Below are positions 1-9,691 of a DNA stretch of 64,000 bases, in pieces. A model generated the notes under the pieces. It saw nothing but the letters and a program-made list of their open reading frames with translations. It was not told the origin of the DNA and searched no databases. The DNA lies in the IMG/VR virus record IMGVR_UViG_3300027985_000286, positions 64,001 through 128,000 of that record; one strand, 5' to 3'. Positions within the stretch are counted from its first letter, which is position 1. Each line of letters begins with the position of its first letter. The translations under genes were made by a program, and so were the position numbers. The stretch is from a virus.

Positions 1-52
1 CTGACTCTCGCTAAAGACTCGTTGAGTGACGACCCAGCAATCGGAGGAAAAG

Positions 53-895
53 ATGCTACCTGATATGAAATGGTTTTTGGGTGTCGTTGAGGATATATCT
101 GATCCTGAGAAGATGGACCGCGTGCGCGTGCGCATAGCAGGGTACCATACAGAGAATAAAGCTCAACTCCCTACAAGTGGGTTGCAGTGGGCAATTGTAA
201 TGGACCCGACAACCTCAGCAGCGGTGTCAGGGGTGGGTCAGTCTCACGCCTTGGTGTGTGGTTCTTGGGTTATGGGAATATTCCTTGACGGTGAGGATAT
301 GCAACAGCCTGCAGTCATGTTCTCTATGAAAGGAAAGCCTCAGATTAAGTACCCTACTAGTCAAGGGTTTTCAGATCCTAACGGAGAGTTCCCTAGGTAT
401 ACTGGAGAGCCAGACACCAATAGGCTTGCCAGGAACGAAGGTTCTACCATTGTTTCTTCCAAGAACAGTACGCGCAAAACAGGTGTACAAGGAGTGTCTG
501 GAGACTGGAGTGAGCCTGCATCACCTTACGCTGCTCAGTACCCGTACAATAAGGTAAAAGAGACTCCATCCGGTCATATTCAAGAGTTTGATGATACCCC
601 AGGTGCTGAAAGAGTTCATACATATCATAGAACAGGAACCTATGATGAAATGCAACCTGACGGGTCTAGAGTAGAGAAGGTTATCAAGGATCATTACACT
701 GTGGTACTAGGTGACGATAGAATGTACGTGGGTGGTAAGGTTCAAATCTATGTAGACGGTGACGCTGAGATTATCACCGGTGGCGATATCAATGCAGTAT
801 CGCAGCAAAACGTATCAATATCAGCATCCGGTGAAATGAGACTACACGCTGATGGCAGAATGTGGCTAACAGCCGAAAGGATTGACCTCAACTAA
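53..895 (+). CDS. gp5: Baseplate hub/central spike protein gp5-like, without lysozyme domain
   Basis: N-terminal WFLGVVED..DPEKMDRVRVRI.G.H (gp5 OB fold); YPYNKVKETPSGHIQEFDDTPGAER..YHRTGT and C-terminal beta-helix repeats; GGAGG RBS supports the ATG at 53 rather than 26. Confidence 0.93.
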   Translation: MLPDMKWFLGVVEDISDPEKMDRVRVRIAGYHTENKAQLPTSGLQWAIVMDPTTSAAVSGVGQSHALVCGSWVMGIFLDGEDMQQPAVMFSMKGKPQIKYPTSQGFSDPNGEFPRYTGEPDTNRLARNEGSTIVSSKNSTRKTGVQGVSGDWSEPASPYAAQYPYNKVKETPSGHIQEFDDTPGAERVHTYHRTGTYDEMQPDGSRVEKVIKDHYTVVLGDDRMYVGGKVQIYVDGDAEIITGGDINAVSQQNVSISASGEMRLHADGRMWLTAERIDLN

Positions 896-1968
896 TGGCA
901 CGCACAGAAAGGTTCCAAGACCCAAACACTGCGGGTGGATATGTTGTCTCTATCCCTCAAGGTACTGTCTACGTCAACGGGTTGTTGGCATCTGTTGACG
1001 GTTCTTTAGTATCACCAGATGCAGAGTGCCACGACAATAACGTGCACTGTTCTCCTGATACGGCGAATGGTGGCCCGACAGTATTCGTTGAAGGCATTCC
1101 CTTGAATAAAGCAGGTGACTTGGATACCTGCGGTCACCCTAGAGATGCTGGGTCCCCTGACGTGTTCAATGATTCTTTCCAAGGGGCAGGTGCTTTGATT
1201 GACAGCAACCCACCTTACCATAAAGACCCTCCTACAGGTGGTCAGCCAACACCACCTGATGCGTACGTCACCAACACTGCAGCGGATGTGCATGTCATAG
1301 AAAATAACGATGACCCGGATGGAACCTTAGCTGGTCCTCCAGAGCTCACTGATACCAAGCCAGTAGAAAAGAAGGAAGAAGAGGATAAGCCAGTGGACAA
1401 AGAAACTCCGGTATTGAACTGCTCTTCAATAGAACAACTGCCGTCTGATTATTCGTGGGACGATGACGGCGCTCCAAGCTTTGAGACTTGGGCGAGGAAC
1501 TTTCAGCTCTCGCCGCGCTTTACGGTATACGACTTGACTATGGGTACTGCTGTTAGCTCATACACTTTCACAACAGCACCAATCCAGGCTTGTGGGCTGT
1601 CACAGAAGCAAATCCTACAGAACCTTTGCTACCTAGCTAAGAGCGTGCTTGAACCTCTTGTTGACAAGTTCGGGTCTTTTACTCTTACCTCGGTTTTTAG
1701 GAACAAGAGCGATAAGAGTCAGCACAACAAAGGCCAAGCAGCAGATATCCAGTTCCTTAACTTCCATGGGTCGTCAGATACGGGTAAATACTACTTTGAG
1801 CGTGCCAAAGAGATTAGGGACTCAATTCAGTTTGACCAGCTTATTCTGGAATGGTTTGGTCGCAACCCATGGATTCACATCAGCTCTAACTCTTCAGGCA
1901 ACAGGGGTTCGGTACTAACTCAAACCGGTTCTAGCAGCTACTCACCAGGGCTAATGAGACTAGGATAA
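895..1968 (+). CDS. PAAR (gp5.4-like) spike tip fused to a C-terminal peptidase M15 (Zn D-Ala-D-Ala peptidase fold)
   Basis: First ~90 aa are PAAR-like (TVYVNGLLAS..G, TVFVEGIPL..AGD..TCGH...GSPDVF); C-terminus has LS.RFT, LEPL..KFG.F..TS.FR, SQH.KGQAADI, FDQLILE, WIHIS; sits directly after gp5. Confidence 0.85.
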   Translation: MARTERFQDPNTAGGYVVSIPQGTVYVNGLLASVDGSLVSPDAECHDNNVHCSPDTANGGPTVFVEGIPLNKAGDLDTCGHPRDAGSPDVFNDSFQGAGALIDSNPPYHKDPPTGGQPTPPDAYVTNTAADVHVIENNDDPDGTLAGPPELTDTKPVEKKEEEDKPVDKETPVLNCSSIEQLPSDYSWDDDGAPSFETWARNFQLSPRFTVYDLTMGTAVSSYTFTTAPIQACGLSQKQILQNLCYLAKSVLEPLVDKFGSFTLTSVFRNKSDKSQHNKGQAADIQFLNFHGSSDTGKYYFERAKEIRDSIQFDQLILEWFGRNPWIHISSNSSGNRGSVLTQTGSSSYSPGLMRLG

Positions 1969-1971
1969 TAA

Positions 1972-2355
1972 ATGAAAACACCTGCATTCACATACAGAGA
2001 CCTAGACTTTAACTTCATCAGTCACCCCATCACAGGTGATGTGTCTACCAAGATTGATATTGGTGATGTGCAGCAATCTGTTAGAAACTTGGTCCTCACC
2101 AGTTACTACGAGAGAGGGTTTGCGGTTCACATTGGAAGTTCCATCCCTAAGCTTCTGTTTGAGCTGGCATCCCCTACCATCAACGTTGAGATCGAGGAAG
2201 AGATTAAAGCCTTGATTAACAACTTCGAGCCTAGAGTTGACCTTGTGTCAGTTACATCTGGATTTGACGACTACTACCTCAACATCATAATCAAATTCAA
2301 CATCCTCAATAACGATACCGTAAGGGACGTGTTTATCAAGCTTGAAAGACCTTGA
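1972..2355 (+). CDS. gp25: Baseplate wedge protein gp25
   Basis: YRDLDFNF..HPITGD, QSVRNLVLT.YYER, I.NFEPRV motifs; gene order. Confidence 0.93.
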   Translation: MKTPAFTYRDLDFNFISHPITGDVSTKIDIGDVQQSVRNLVLTSYYERGFAVHIGSSIPKLLFELASPTINVEIEEEIKALINNFEPRVDLVSVTSGFDDYYLNIIIKFNILNNDTVRDVFIKLERP

Positions 2356-2357
2356 CA

Positions 2358-2363
2358 TAAATA
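2358..2363 (+). promoter_or_regulatory. T4-like late promoter core TAAATA upstream of gp6
   Basis: The same intergenic hexamer recurs at 4164, 7655, 9660, 10014, 11386, 21365, 26698, 27493, 30279, 31939, 35470, 54855 and 63081; compare T4 TATAAATA. Confidence 0.75.
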
Positions 2364-2388
2364 GAAAAAATCAAAGAGGTAACTTTTC

Positions 2389-4155
2389 ATGACAACGAAT
2401 TTTGATACTGGCGTCCCTTCGCTTGACCCGTCTGTTATCAAGGCTTCACTAAGAGAATTCCTTAAAGGCCAGTCAGAGTTCTCTTCGTACAACTTTGAAG
2501 GTTCTGCTTTGTCGACAATCCTTGATCTGTTGACTAAGAACACCCATTACCTGGCCTTTGTTGCTAACATGCTTGCTCGCGAATCGTTCTTGGGTAGAGC
2601 ACAACTACGCAGAAACGTGGTAGAGCACGCTCAGAGGTTGTCTTACCGCCCTGGATCAAAAACCTGTTCGACAATTGAGGTAACGGTTGTCATTACGCCT
2701 GCTTCTGGAACAACTGTATTTCCAACCTTTATCACCATGTCCCCGAATACGCAGTTTTCTGGTCAGTATGATACTGAGGTTGTGCACTTCACGAATCAGG
2801 AAGAGTATACGCTATACAAGAATACAGATAACACTTACTCTCATTCTGGTGTAATCCTAAAGCAAGGTGACCTTGTCAACGAGACGTTCACTGTCACGAG
2901 TGATTCAAGGTTTGTGATTTCCAACCCAAACATTGATGTGTCTACTTTGCGCGTTACTGTTCAAAACAGCGCTACAGATACAAACCTAGTACCATTCACA
3001 GAAGCTACGTCTATCGTAGATGTTGGTCCTACAAGCACCGTCTATTTCCTATATGAGGACGATGATGAGAAGTTCCGTATTGAGTTCGGTGACGATGTTC
3101 TAGGAAAGAGTCTGAGCATTGGTAACGTAGTGAACGTTGAGTACATGGCTGTGAATTCTGACACCATTGCTAATGGCATTGATGCTCTTACGATGATTTC
3201 TGACATTGACGGTTTCGTTGACGCGGCTGTTACTCCAGACTCCCCTGCTTACGGTGGATCAGAAAGAGAGACTATTGAGCAGATTAGACGTTGGGCCCCT
3301 CTAGGCTGGGAGTCTCAAGACCGGTCGGTTACTGAGAGTGATTACGTTGTCAACCTAATGCGGTTATTCCCGCAGGCTAAGTCAGCTATCAGCTGGGGTG
3401 GTGAGGATAACGACCCACCCATGTACGGTAGCGTCTACATTGCAGTGAATACGAAAGACGGCTTGCCGTTGGTCGATAACGTTAAAGAAGCAATTAAGGC
3501 GCTTCTCAAAAAGACCAACGTTGGTTCGATTACACCCATCATCGTTGACCCAGATTACGGCGACCTTGATCTGAGTGTGTCTGTTGCTTACGACTCTACT
3601 AAGAGCTTAGGCTCTATGGCAGACGAGTTTAATGCAGTGTCCTTGATCTGTGTTTCGTACTCAGCTGACTACCTTGAAGATTTCAACCGTAATTTCATTA
3701 ACTCTGATCTTGTCGCAAAAGTGAAGGCTAGACCTGCAGTAGTGTCTTGCGATATTACCACCACTCTTACCAAAAAGGTTACTGTGGTAGAGGGTATTGA
3801 AGGTAGGTACATCGTTAAGTTCAATAACCCTATCACGGAAGGGAGCGTTGATGGTACTGGGTTTGCTGTCCTTCCCAATAGCACAGATACCAGATTGTAC
3901 GATGATGGCGCAGGAACGCTTCTAATTGATAGATTGGACGGTGGTGTTAGAAAGGTTATAGTAGAGAACGCAGGTACCGTTGACTACACTACCGGAGAGG
4001 TAGATGTCACGTTCTACCCAATCTCTGTGACAGACACAGACTCCACCGTTAGCATCACGGTTACCCCTTCTGATACTAACATCCTGGCTGTTCAGAAGGA
4101 TATCTTAAGAATCAACAGCGTAGGCGTAACAGAAAACACGAAGCTTAGGAGATGA
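2389..4155 (+). CDS. gp6: Baseplate wedge protein gp6
   Basis: QSEFSSYNFEGSALSTILDLL..NTHY, ESFL..AQLR..VV.HA..L.Y, FGD.VLGK, WGGEDNDPPMYG. Confidence 0.95.
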   Translation: MTTNFDTGVPSLDPSVIKASLREFLKGQSEFSSYNFEGSALSTILDLLTKNTHYLAFVANMLARESFLGRAQLRRNVVEHAQRLSYRPGSKTCSTIEVTVVITPASGTTVFPTFITMSPNTQFSGQYDTEVVHFTNQEEYTLYKNTDNTYSHSGVILKQGDLVNETFTVTSDSRFVISNPNIDVSTLRVTVQNSATDTNLVPFTEATSIVDVGPTSTVYFLYEDDDEKFRIEFGDDVLGKSLSIGNVVNVEYMAVNSDTIANGIDALTMISDIDGFVDAAVTPDSPAYGGSERETIEQIRRWAPLGWESQDRSVTESDYVVNLMRLFPQAKSAISWGGEDNDPPMYGSVYIAVNTKDGLPLVDNVKEAIKALLKKTNVGSITPIIVDPDYGDLDLSVSVAYDSTKSLGSMADEFNAVSLICVSYSADYLEDFNRNFINSDLVAKVKARPAVVSCDITTTLTKKVTVVEGIEGRYIVKFNNPITEGSVDGTGFAVLPNSTDTRLYDDGAGTLLIDRLDGGVRKVIVENAGTVDYTTGEVDVTFYPISVTDTDSTVSITVTPSDTNILAVQKDILRINSVGVTENTKLRR

Positions 4156-4204
4156 AATCGTCTTAAATATCAATAGCTATTCTTAGGATATTAGGGACGA
4201 ATCA

Positions 4205-4621
4205 ATGACATTCTGGGACTTCCTGTGGACTTTTTGGACCAACGATGGTTGGTTGTTTTCATTTATCTTCATACTATTCATTGCCTTTGTTAAGATCTTC
4301 AACTTTGTAAAGCTTGCTCTTCTTGTTAGACACCTCCCTGATGAAAGAACCAGGCAGGATATGAAGAACACCTTCGACGAGCTCAGGATTGCGAATACAC
4401 TAGCTAGGAATGAAATCGAGAACCTGCACAACCGAGTAATGGATACAAAGACGTTACTTGGAGAATTAAATAGTGACATAGCCGAGCTCAACCAAAGGAT
4501 AAGCAGAAGCAGAAGACTGCTCGTAGAGAAAAAGAAACTCACCAGTATTGCAAAGGACGACCTGCAAGAGGTGATTGACGTGTTGGACGGTTACAGTGAC
4601 TGGAACAGCGACAACAAGTAA
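4205..4621 (+). CDS. Membrane protein: N-terminal transmembrane helix followed by coiled coil
   Basis: Hydrophobic WLFSFIFILFIAFV, then a heptad-rich helix; RBS AGGGA and a late promoter upstream. Confidence 0.65.
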   Translation: MTFWDFLWTFWTNDGWLFSFIFILFIAFVKIFNFVKLALLVRHLPDERTRQDMKNTFDELRIANTLARNEIENLHNRVMDTKTLLGELNSDIAELNQRISRSRRLLVEKKKLTSIAKDDLQEVIDVLDGYSDWNSDNK

Positions 4622-4982
4622 CATCACTCAATACAGGGTGGAGCAACTTTCCACCACGATTGAGCACATAGGAAAATCACTTGAGAAACTACAAGAGACG
4701 CAAGGTTCTCTTGTGGAAACTGTTAACCGTCTGTCTGTTCAGATGCAGATGGTGCTAGAAATCAGAAAAACAGTCAGCGAGCACGATAGGTCAATCACTG
4801 AACTGCAAACACGTATGACTGCGATGGAGACTGCGGCTGAATCTATCAAGACACTAACTGCTGCAGTTAACCGACACACTTGGGTTAATCAGCTTGGTAT
4901 CTGGGTAGTGAGTCTCATTGTGTCTTCTTTGTTTGGTCTAGGTGTATGGTTTCTCCAGAACGCCATAGCTAATTCACCATAA
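4575..4982 (+). CDS. Coiled-coil protein with C-terminal transmembrane helix (true start possibly GTG 4596 or 4638)
   Basis: Long heptad region, then LGIWVVSLIVSSLFGLGVWFL. Confidence 0.65.
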   Translation: MTCWTVTVTGTATTSNITQYRVEQLSTTIEHIGKSLEKLQETQGSLVETVNRLSVQMQMVLEIRKTVSEHDRSITELQTRMTAMETAAESIKTLTAAVNRHTWVNQLGIWVVSLIVSSLFGLGVWFLQNAIANSP

Positions 4983-4991
4983 GGTCCTAAC

Positions 4992-6503
4992 GTGGCAAAA
5001 AGTGTAACTCTGTCAAAACTGATTGCCCAGCAAGTACCAGGGCACGTTAGAAAGAACTACGATACGTTCGTCAAGTTCTTAGAGTATTACTACGAGTGGC
5101 TTGAGCAGAAATACGGTCCCACTGACGTTATCAGAAATTGGGAGACGTACGGATCTGTTGACTCTGATGTAGACGAGTTTGTCAACGAGTTCAAGAGCGA
5201 AACGCTCTACTCTTTGCCTCTGAGTATCGTGGGTGATAAGAGACGACTTCTTCTACATGCTCGCGAGTTTCTCAAAACTAAGGGCACAGAAAGATCATTT
5301 AAGTTCCTTTTTCGTATCCTGTTCAATGAAGATGTTGATCTGTACTTGCCCAAAGAGAACATCTTCCGTCTGTCTGATGGTGACTGGGTCAAGAACGATA
5401 ATGTGATTGTAGCTACCTCTATTAACGACCCGTCCACGTTCCTGTATAAGAGAATTAAGCAGGTGCGTGTGATTAACGAGTTCCTCACAGAGGAAGCATC
5501 AGCTCTAGTTATCAAAGCTGAAAGGTATCGCAGGGACAAGATTGTCAGAAATAGGTTCTTTGTTTCTGATGTGCGAGGTGTATTCAAAGATACACATCCT
5601 GTCTTTCTAGAATCTGATGAAGGAACGTACGAGTATCTTTACCCTATTGTGACTAGCGTCGATATTACTACTGCAGGGACAGGTTACATCAAAGGGGATA
5701 CTATCAGCTTAGACGGGACAGCGCAGTGGGTTGTATCAGGAACGCTGAACATTGCTAAGATTTTTGATACAAAGGTCACCTCTCTTCTAGCTGCATCTGA
5801 TATTGTTGTCAAAGTCAATACTGTGACAACAACCAGCTTCACGTTCGATGGTAGATACATCACATTAAGCTCTTACGCTGAAGGCGACGATGTTGAGGTG
5901 CTGTTTCCTTCTGTTACTGGTTACGTTGAGGTTGATGGTGTTGACTCTACGGGTGGCATTGTTCAAACACGAATCTATGACTTCCCTATTGGGTACCCAA
6001 CGTCACCCACCTACTCAATTACATCTAGAACTGGTTCTGGCGCTGTCTTACAGGTGAACGTGGGTACAGTAGGGTATGTGGCTGGGTACTACATTGGCAG
6101 CAAAGGAATGCCGTCTTCAACCAATTTCTTGCAAGACAGTCTGTATTACCAGGAATACTCCTACGTCATACGAGCATCCAGGTCAGTTGACACCTACGCA
6201 AGCATCGTAAAGCAACTATTGCATCCTGCTGGTATGATGATGTTTGGTGAGATTAGCATCCTGTCTCTTATTTCAATGATTATTCGAGACATGAAGAGTT
6301 ACGTCGATGTGGTTGTACTGTACGGTTCGTATGTACTGGTTACATCAGAAGCCTTGCACAGCAGGGTGATGACATACGATAAGCATAAAACTGCAGTAGA
6401 CCTTGATGTAAATACATACGAAAACTTTACCATACAGTCCGTCTTGAATAACTACAGAACGAAATGGGATTATGGACTCCCAGTAACAGTTACTATCCAA
6501 TAA
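4992..6503 (+). CDS. gp7: Baseplate wedge protein gp7-like
   Basis: FVKFLEYYYEW, KTKGTERSFKFLFRILFNE, LQDSLYYQEYSYVIR, KQLLHPAG. Confidence 0.85.
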   Translation: MAKSVTLSKLIAQQVPGHVRKNYDTFVKFLEYYYEWLEQKYGPTDVIRNWETYGSVDSDVDEFVNEFKSETLYSLPLSIVGDKRRLLLHAREFLKTKGTERSFKFLFRILFNEDVDLYLPKENIFRLSDGDWVKNDNVIVATSINDPSTFLYKRIKQVRVINEFLTEEASALVIKAERYRRDKIVRNRFFVSDVRGVFKDTHPVFLESDEGTYEYLYPIVTSVDITTAGTGYIKGDTISLDGTAQWVVSGTLNIAKIFDTKVTSLLAASDIVVKVNTVTTTSFTFDGRYITLSSYAEGDDVEVLFPSVTGYVEVDGVDSTGGIVQTRIYDFPIGYPTSPTYSITSRTGSGAVLQVNVGTVGYVAGYYIGSKGMPSSTNFLQDSLYYQEYSYVIRASRSVDTYASIVKQLLHPAGMMMFGEISILSLISMIIRDMKSYVDVVVLYGSYVLVTSEALHSRVMTYDKHKTAVDLDVNTYENFTIQSVLNNYRTKWDYGLPVTVTIQ

Positions 6504-6513
6504 CGAGGAAACA

Positions 6514-6861
6514 ATGAAAGCTCTAAAATCAAGTAACTGGGTTGATCTCCCTGTTGTGGGACCACCAATTGATGGCGCATACTACGTGCTCGAAGGTACT
6601 TACACGATTACTGTGCCTGCTGGCGCTCAAATGGTGAGCTTTATCTGCAAAACAGGTACTGCGTACGTGATGGAAAGCCAGACAGATGCAGAAGTTTTGC
6701 CTACTCCCTGGCCTCCTGCTTCAAACGAAACAACCGGATTCCCTTGGGCTCCTCTAGCGGCATCTACTTCTTACGAGTATGGTGAATACGCGGTGGCACC
6801 GGGACAGAAGTTGCGTCTGTCCGTGCTGGCCACCAGCTCCGTGCAGGTGCTGTTCAGCTGA
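6514..6861 (+). CDS. Small beta-rich virion/tail-associated protein (3' end GC-rich, apparently mosaic)
   Basis: GAGGA RBS; TITVPAGAQMVSF beta pattern; lies within the tail cluster. Confidence 0.55.
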   Translation: MKALKSSNWVDLPVVGPPIDGAYYVLEGTYTITVPAGAQMVSFICKTGTAYVMESQTDAEVLPTPWPPASNETTGFPWAPLAASTSYEYGEYAVAPGQKLRLSVLATSSVQVLFS

Positions 6862-7502
6862 TGGCCCGGCGACTCGGGACAGGGACAGGGAGCGGACGCG
6901 CTCGTTTCCACGGCGAGCACAGTGGAGGTAGCGGGTTATTCCTGCTCGACACGTTCACGGACAACGACGGGGTGTTGTTGACGGCCCACGCGCCGGAGGT
7001 TGGTGTGGCCTGGAACCCGGTTTACGGTTCGTCTGCGTCACCAACGATTGCGAATAACCGATTGCACGGAAACGGCACAGTGACGGCGGAATACATGGTT
7101 TCCACGGGTCTCGCACCGAGCGCCGACTATTCCGTGGCCGGTCAGTTCACCTATCTGACCGGAATTGGTGGAGACATGATTGGAGTGCTCGGCCGTGTCT
7201 CAACAGATGCGCAGACGTGGTACAAATTCGACTACTACGGCGGCGCTTTCAGGCTCGTCAAGCGGGTTGATGGTGTCGATGAGATCCTCGCGTCATTTCC
7301 GTTGATCCCGTCAGCAGGCGATACCAAAACAATTACGCTGACTATGGTTGGGACCAGTATTGTCGGCTACCTGGACGGCGCGCCCATTGCGTCTGCGGTG
7401 AATGGTGCGATTGTCGCCGCCGGTCACCCGGGCCTGGTGACGCGCTATTCGACTCCGACGACGGGCTGCGTACTCGATTGGATTCAGGCGGATGCGGCCT
7501 AA
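6861..7502 (+). CDS. Beta-sandwich (ConA/lectin-like) tail or receptor-binding protein, GC-rich
   Basis: LDTFTD.DG..L.AH.P, DYSV.GQF, IGVLGRV, ITLTMVGTSI.GYLDG, GHPGL pattern of phage jelly-roll domains. Confidence 0.55.
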   Translation: MARRLGTGTGSGRARFHGEHSGGSGLFLLDTFTDNDGVLLTAHAPEVGVAWNPVYGSSASPTIANNRLHGNGTVTAEYMVSTGLAPSADYSVAGQFTYLTGIGGDMIGVLGRVSTDAQTWYKFDYYGGAFRLVKRVDGVDEILASFPLIPSAGDTKTITLTMVGTSIVGYLDGAPIASAVNGAIVAAGHPGLVTRYSTPTTGCVLDWIQADAA

Positions 7503-7597
7503 TGACTGACCGCCTCATCACCGGCTACATCTACCTCCTCGCCGCGCTCTCCAGCGCGATGGGGGGACCGGGGTGGAGTGCAATGGGCATCTGCTGA
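7502..7597 (+). pseudogene. Short ORF or truncated gene remnant ending the GC-rich insert (MTDRLITGYIYLLAALSSAMGGPGWSAMGIC)
   Basis: ATG overlaps the previous stop (TAATG); hydrophobic N-terminus; high GC ends just after it. Confidence 0.3.
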
Positions 7598-7693
7598 AAT
7601 GCAGGCCAGAGTCGTCCAGGTGATCTAAAATCTGGACGCCTTACCTATAAGTAATAAATACAGGTAAGATTGCTCACATAGAGAAGAACTCAA

Positions 7694-9637
7694 ATGTCAT
7701 ATACTGGTGCACAACCAAGATACGCAAGACTAGAAACAGAATCCTTCGACGCTGACGGATCTACTGGTACTTTTGCTCTTACCTACGCCCCAGGTGTACC
7801 TGAGGGTATCTTAGTCTTTCTAGATAACGTCTTTCAAGAACCTAGGGTATCGTATACTGTATCCGGTAAGACACTTGTATTTGTAGGTGCCAATCCATCT
7901 GGACGACTCATTGTTATGTACCGTGGTATTGAGGGCGGCTCTGTTATCGAAGGATCGGTCAACATCTATGGAGACTATCCACTAGTTGGATCCCCGACTA
8001 ACCTAGGACAGTTCCTAACCCAGGTTAATAGCGGAATTCTGGGAGTGGTAGTTGCTGATAGAACTGCCGCGGAGGCTCTTCCGATCATTAATGGACTCAA
8101 AGTTCATATTAAGTCTGAAGATGGGGGTGATTTCATCCTAGAAACAGCAAACTCACCATACACAAGTGACGGCGGTTCTTACTGCGGTACAATAATTGCT
8201 CTAAGCGGTGGTACTGCAGGTCTTGTTCGAGTAAGACAGTCTAATTCTGTAGATATTACTTGGTATGGTGCATTTCCAACAGACGGAAGCACCACACCAG
8301 ATTGCTCTACTGCACTTACCTTGGCTTACAATGCTGTTTCATCTTCTGTGAGCGGGACTGACCCCACCAGGGTTTACTCTACTGGTGGCGAGATTATTTT
8401 TACCGCAGATGACAAGAAACGGCACTACTACTTTGCATCGGGTAGCTCTACTCTCCTGCTAACCTCTGACTTCATTACAATTCGAGGGTTGGGTGGACCG
8501 GTTATTCACAACCTTTCTGGTAATCCTGTTTTTGCTGTGGGAGACGGTTACTCTAACCTAGGACTTTGGATGACAACAAGCGAGCCGTCATTTGTTACTA
8601 TCTCTGACCTGATGATCTTCGATTATGCCGGCGGTGATCAGATTGAAGTGAGGGGTGGGCACTTCATCACGATCACCAACTTACTACTGAGAGGCAACGA
8701 TGCCAACACAATTGCAAGAAACGGTGGTATTAGAGCTAGACAGTTCCAGTGGCTAACTGTATCGCACAATCGTATTGAAGGGTTCAACGATTACGGAATT
8801 CTTGTCGAAACTGGCGACCAGCAAATAGACCATTTTCACTGCAACTCGAACAGCATATCTATTGGTGGTACGTTGTCTCTAGGTACAGAGGCTGCAGGTC
8901 TGTCTGTTAAAGGTCATAAGACTCTGGGTGCCATTGACTGGTCAATTGGAGACCTAACAGTATCTGCAGAAGTGTATGACCAGGCAACTTACGGAATAAA
9001 GATACAAGGTTACAGTGATTACACCTTCACTGCTGCTTCAATCAACAAGCCTGTTATCGAAGTCTTGAATATCGGTCACCTTGGACTAGAGTCTGTCGGT
9101 TACGGTATTTTCAACTCTCAAGGTGGTGCTATTAACATTGGTTCTCTTGACCATACGTCAAATGGTCACACCTACAGGTTGTATGATACAAACGGTTCGC
9201 CTTACTGTGAGACAGTAATTAGCGTGTTCAGCTCTCAAGGTGCATCTGCGCAGACTTGGTCTGGTGCTGGAACACCGCTGTTGTTCGCACCAAACAATAG
9301 TAGGCTCACACTAGGTATTGCTCGTGGTAGAGCAGTTGGGAGTATCTACTTTGCATCAACCCAATCTTTTACCAATATTGTCTTCTTGAGCACCGTTTAC
9401 GGTCCGTCTGGAAGTGAGTTCTACTACAGGAAATCAGGGTCGGTAACAATCACTGCCGCATCTACAACCTACGTTCTAGCTCACGGAGTGCTGAAAGCCC
9501 CTGAAAGGTACCATTTGCACCCTTCCTGGGATACTACTGTATTTGTGACTGCTGTAGACGATACGTCCATCTACATTTCGTTCGGCACAGCACCTGGGGT
9601 TGATTCTACACTCAGATGGGCTGCGAGCATCATCTAG
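7694..9637 (+). CDS. Tailspike / putative depolymerase with right-handed beta-helix
   Basis: N-terminal virion-attachment module (FDADGSTGTFAL..VFLDNVFQEP..SYTVSG); VDITWYGA..DG...DCSTAL start of a pectate-lyase-like helix; repeated ITITNL/LTVSHNRIEG strands. Confidence 0.78.
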   Translation: MSYTGAQPRYARLETESFDADGSTGTFALTYAPGVPEGILVFLDNVFQEPRVSYTVSGKTLVFVGANPSGRLIVMYRGIEGGSVIEGSVNIYGDYPLVGSPTNLGQFLTQVNSGILGVVVADRTAAEALPIINGLKVHIKSEDGGDFILETANSPYTSDGGSYCGTIIALSGGTAGLVRVRQSNSVDITWYGAFPTDGSTTPDCSTALTLAYNAVSSSVSGTDPTRVYSTGGEIIFTADDKKRHYYFASGSSTLLLTSDFITIRGLGGPVIHNLSGNPVFAVGDGYSNLGLWMTTSEPSFVTISDLMIFDYAGGDQIEVRGGHFITITNLLLRGNDANTIARNGGIRARQFQWLTVSHNRIEGFNDYGILVETGDQQIDHFHCNSNSISIGGTLSLGTEAAGLSVKGHKTLGAIDWSIGDLTVSAEVYDQATYGIKIQGYSDYTFTAASINKPVIEVLNIGHLGLESVGYGIFNSQGGAINIGSLDHTSNGHTYRLYDTNGSPYCETVISVFSSQGASAQTWSGAGTPLLFAPNNSRLTLGIARGRAVGSIYFASTQSFTNIVFLSTVYGPSGSEFYYRKSGSVTITAASTTYVLAHGVLKAPERYHLHPSWDTTVFVTAVDDTSIYISFGTAPGVDSTLRWAASII

Positions 9638-9691
9638 CCAATTAGAAGGCTGTTCTTACTAAATAGAATAAACCATTGTTAGGAGAAAATC

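Noticed and set aside
122-134. GTGCGCGTGCGCA also present at 18541-18553
   Set aside because: Both copies encode VRVR inside unrelated genes; low complexity, likely coincidence
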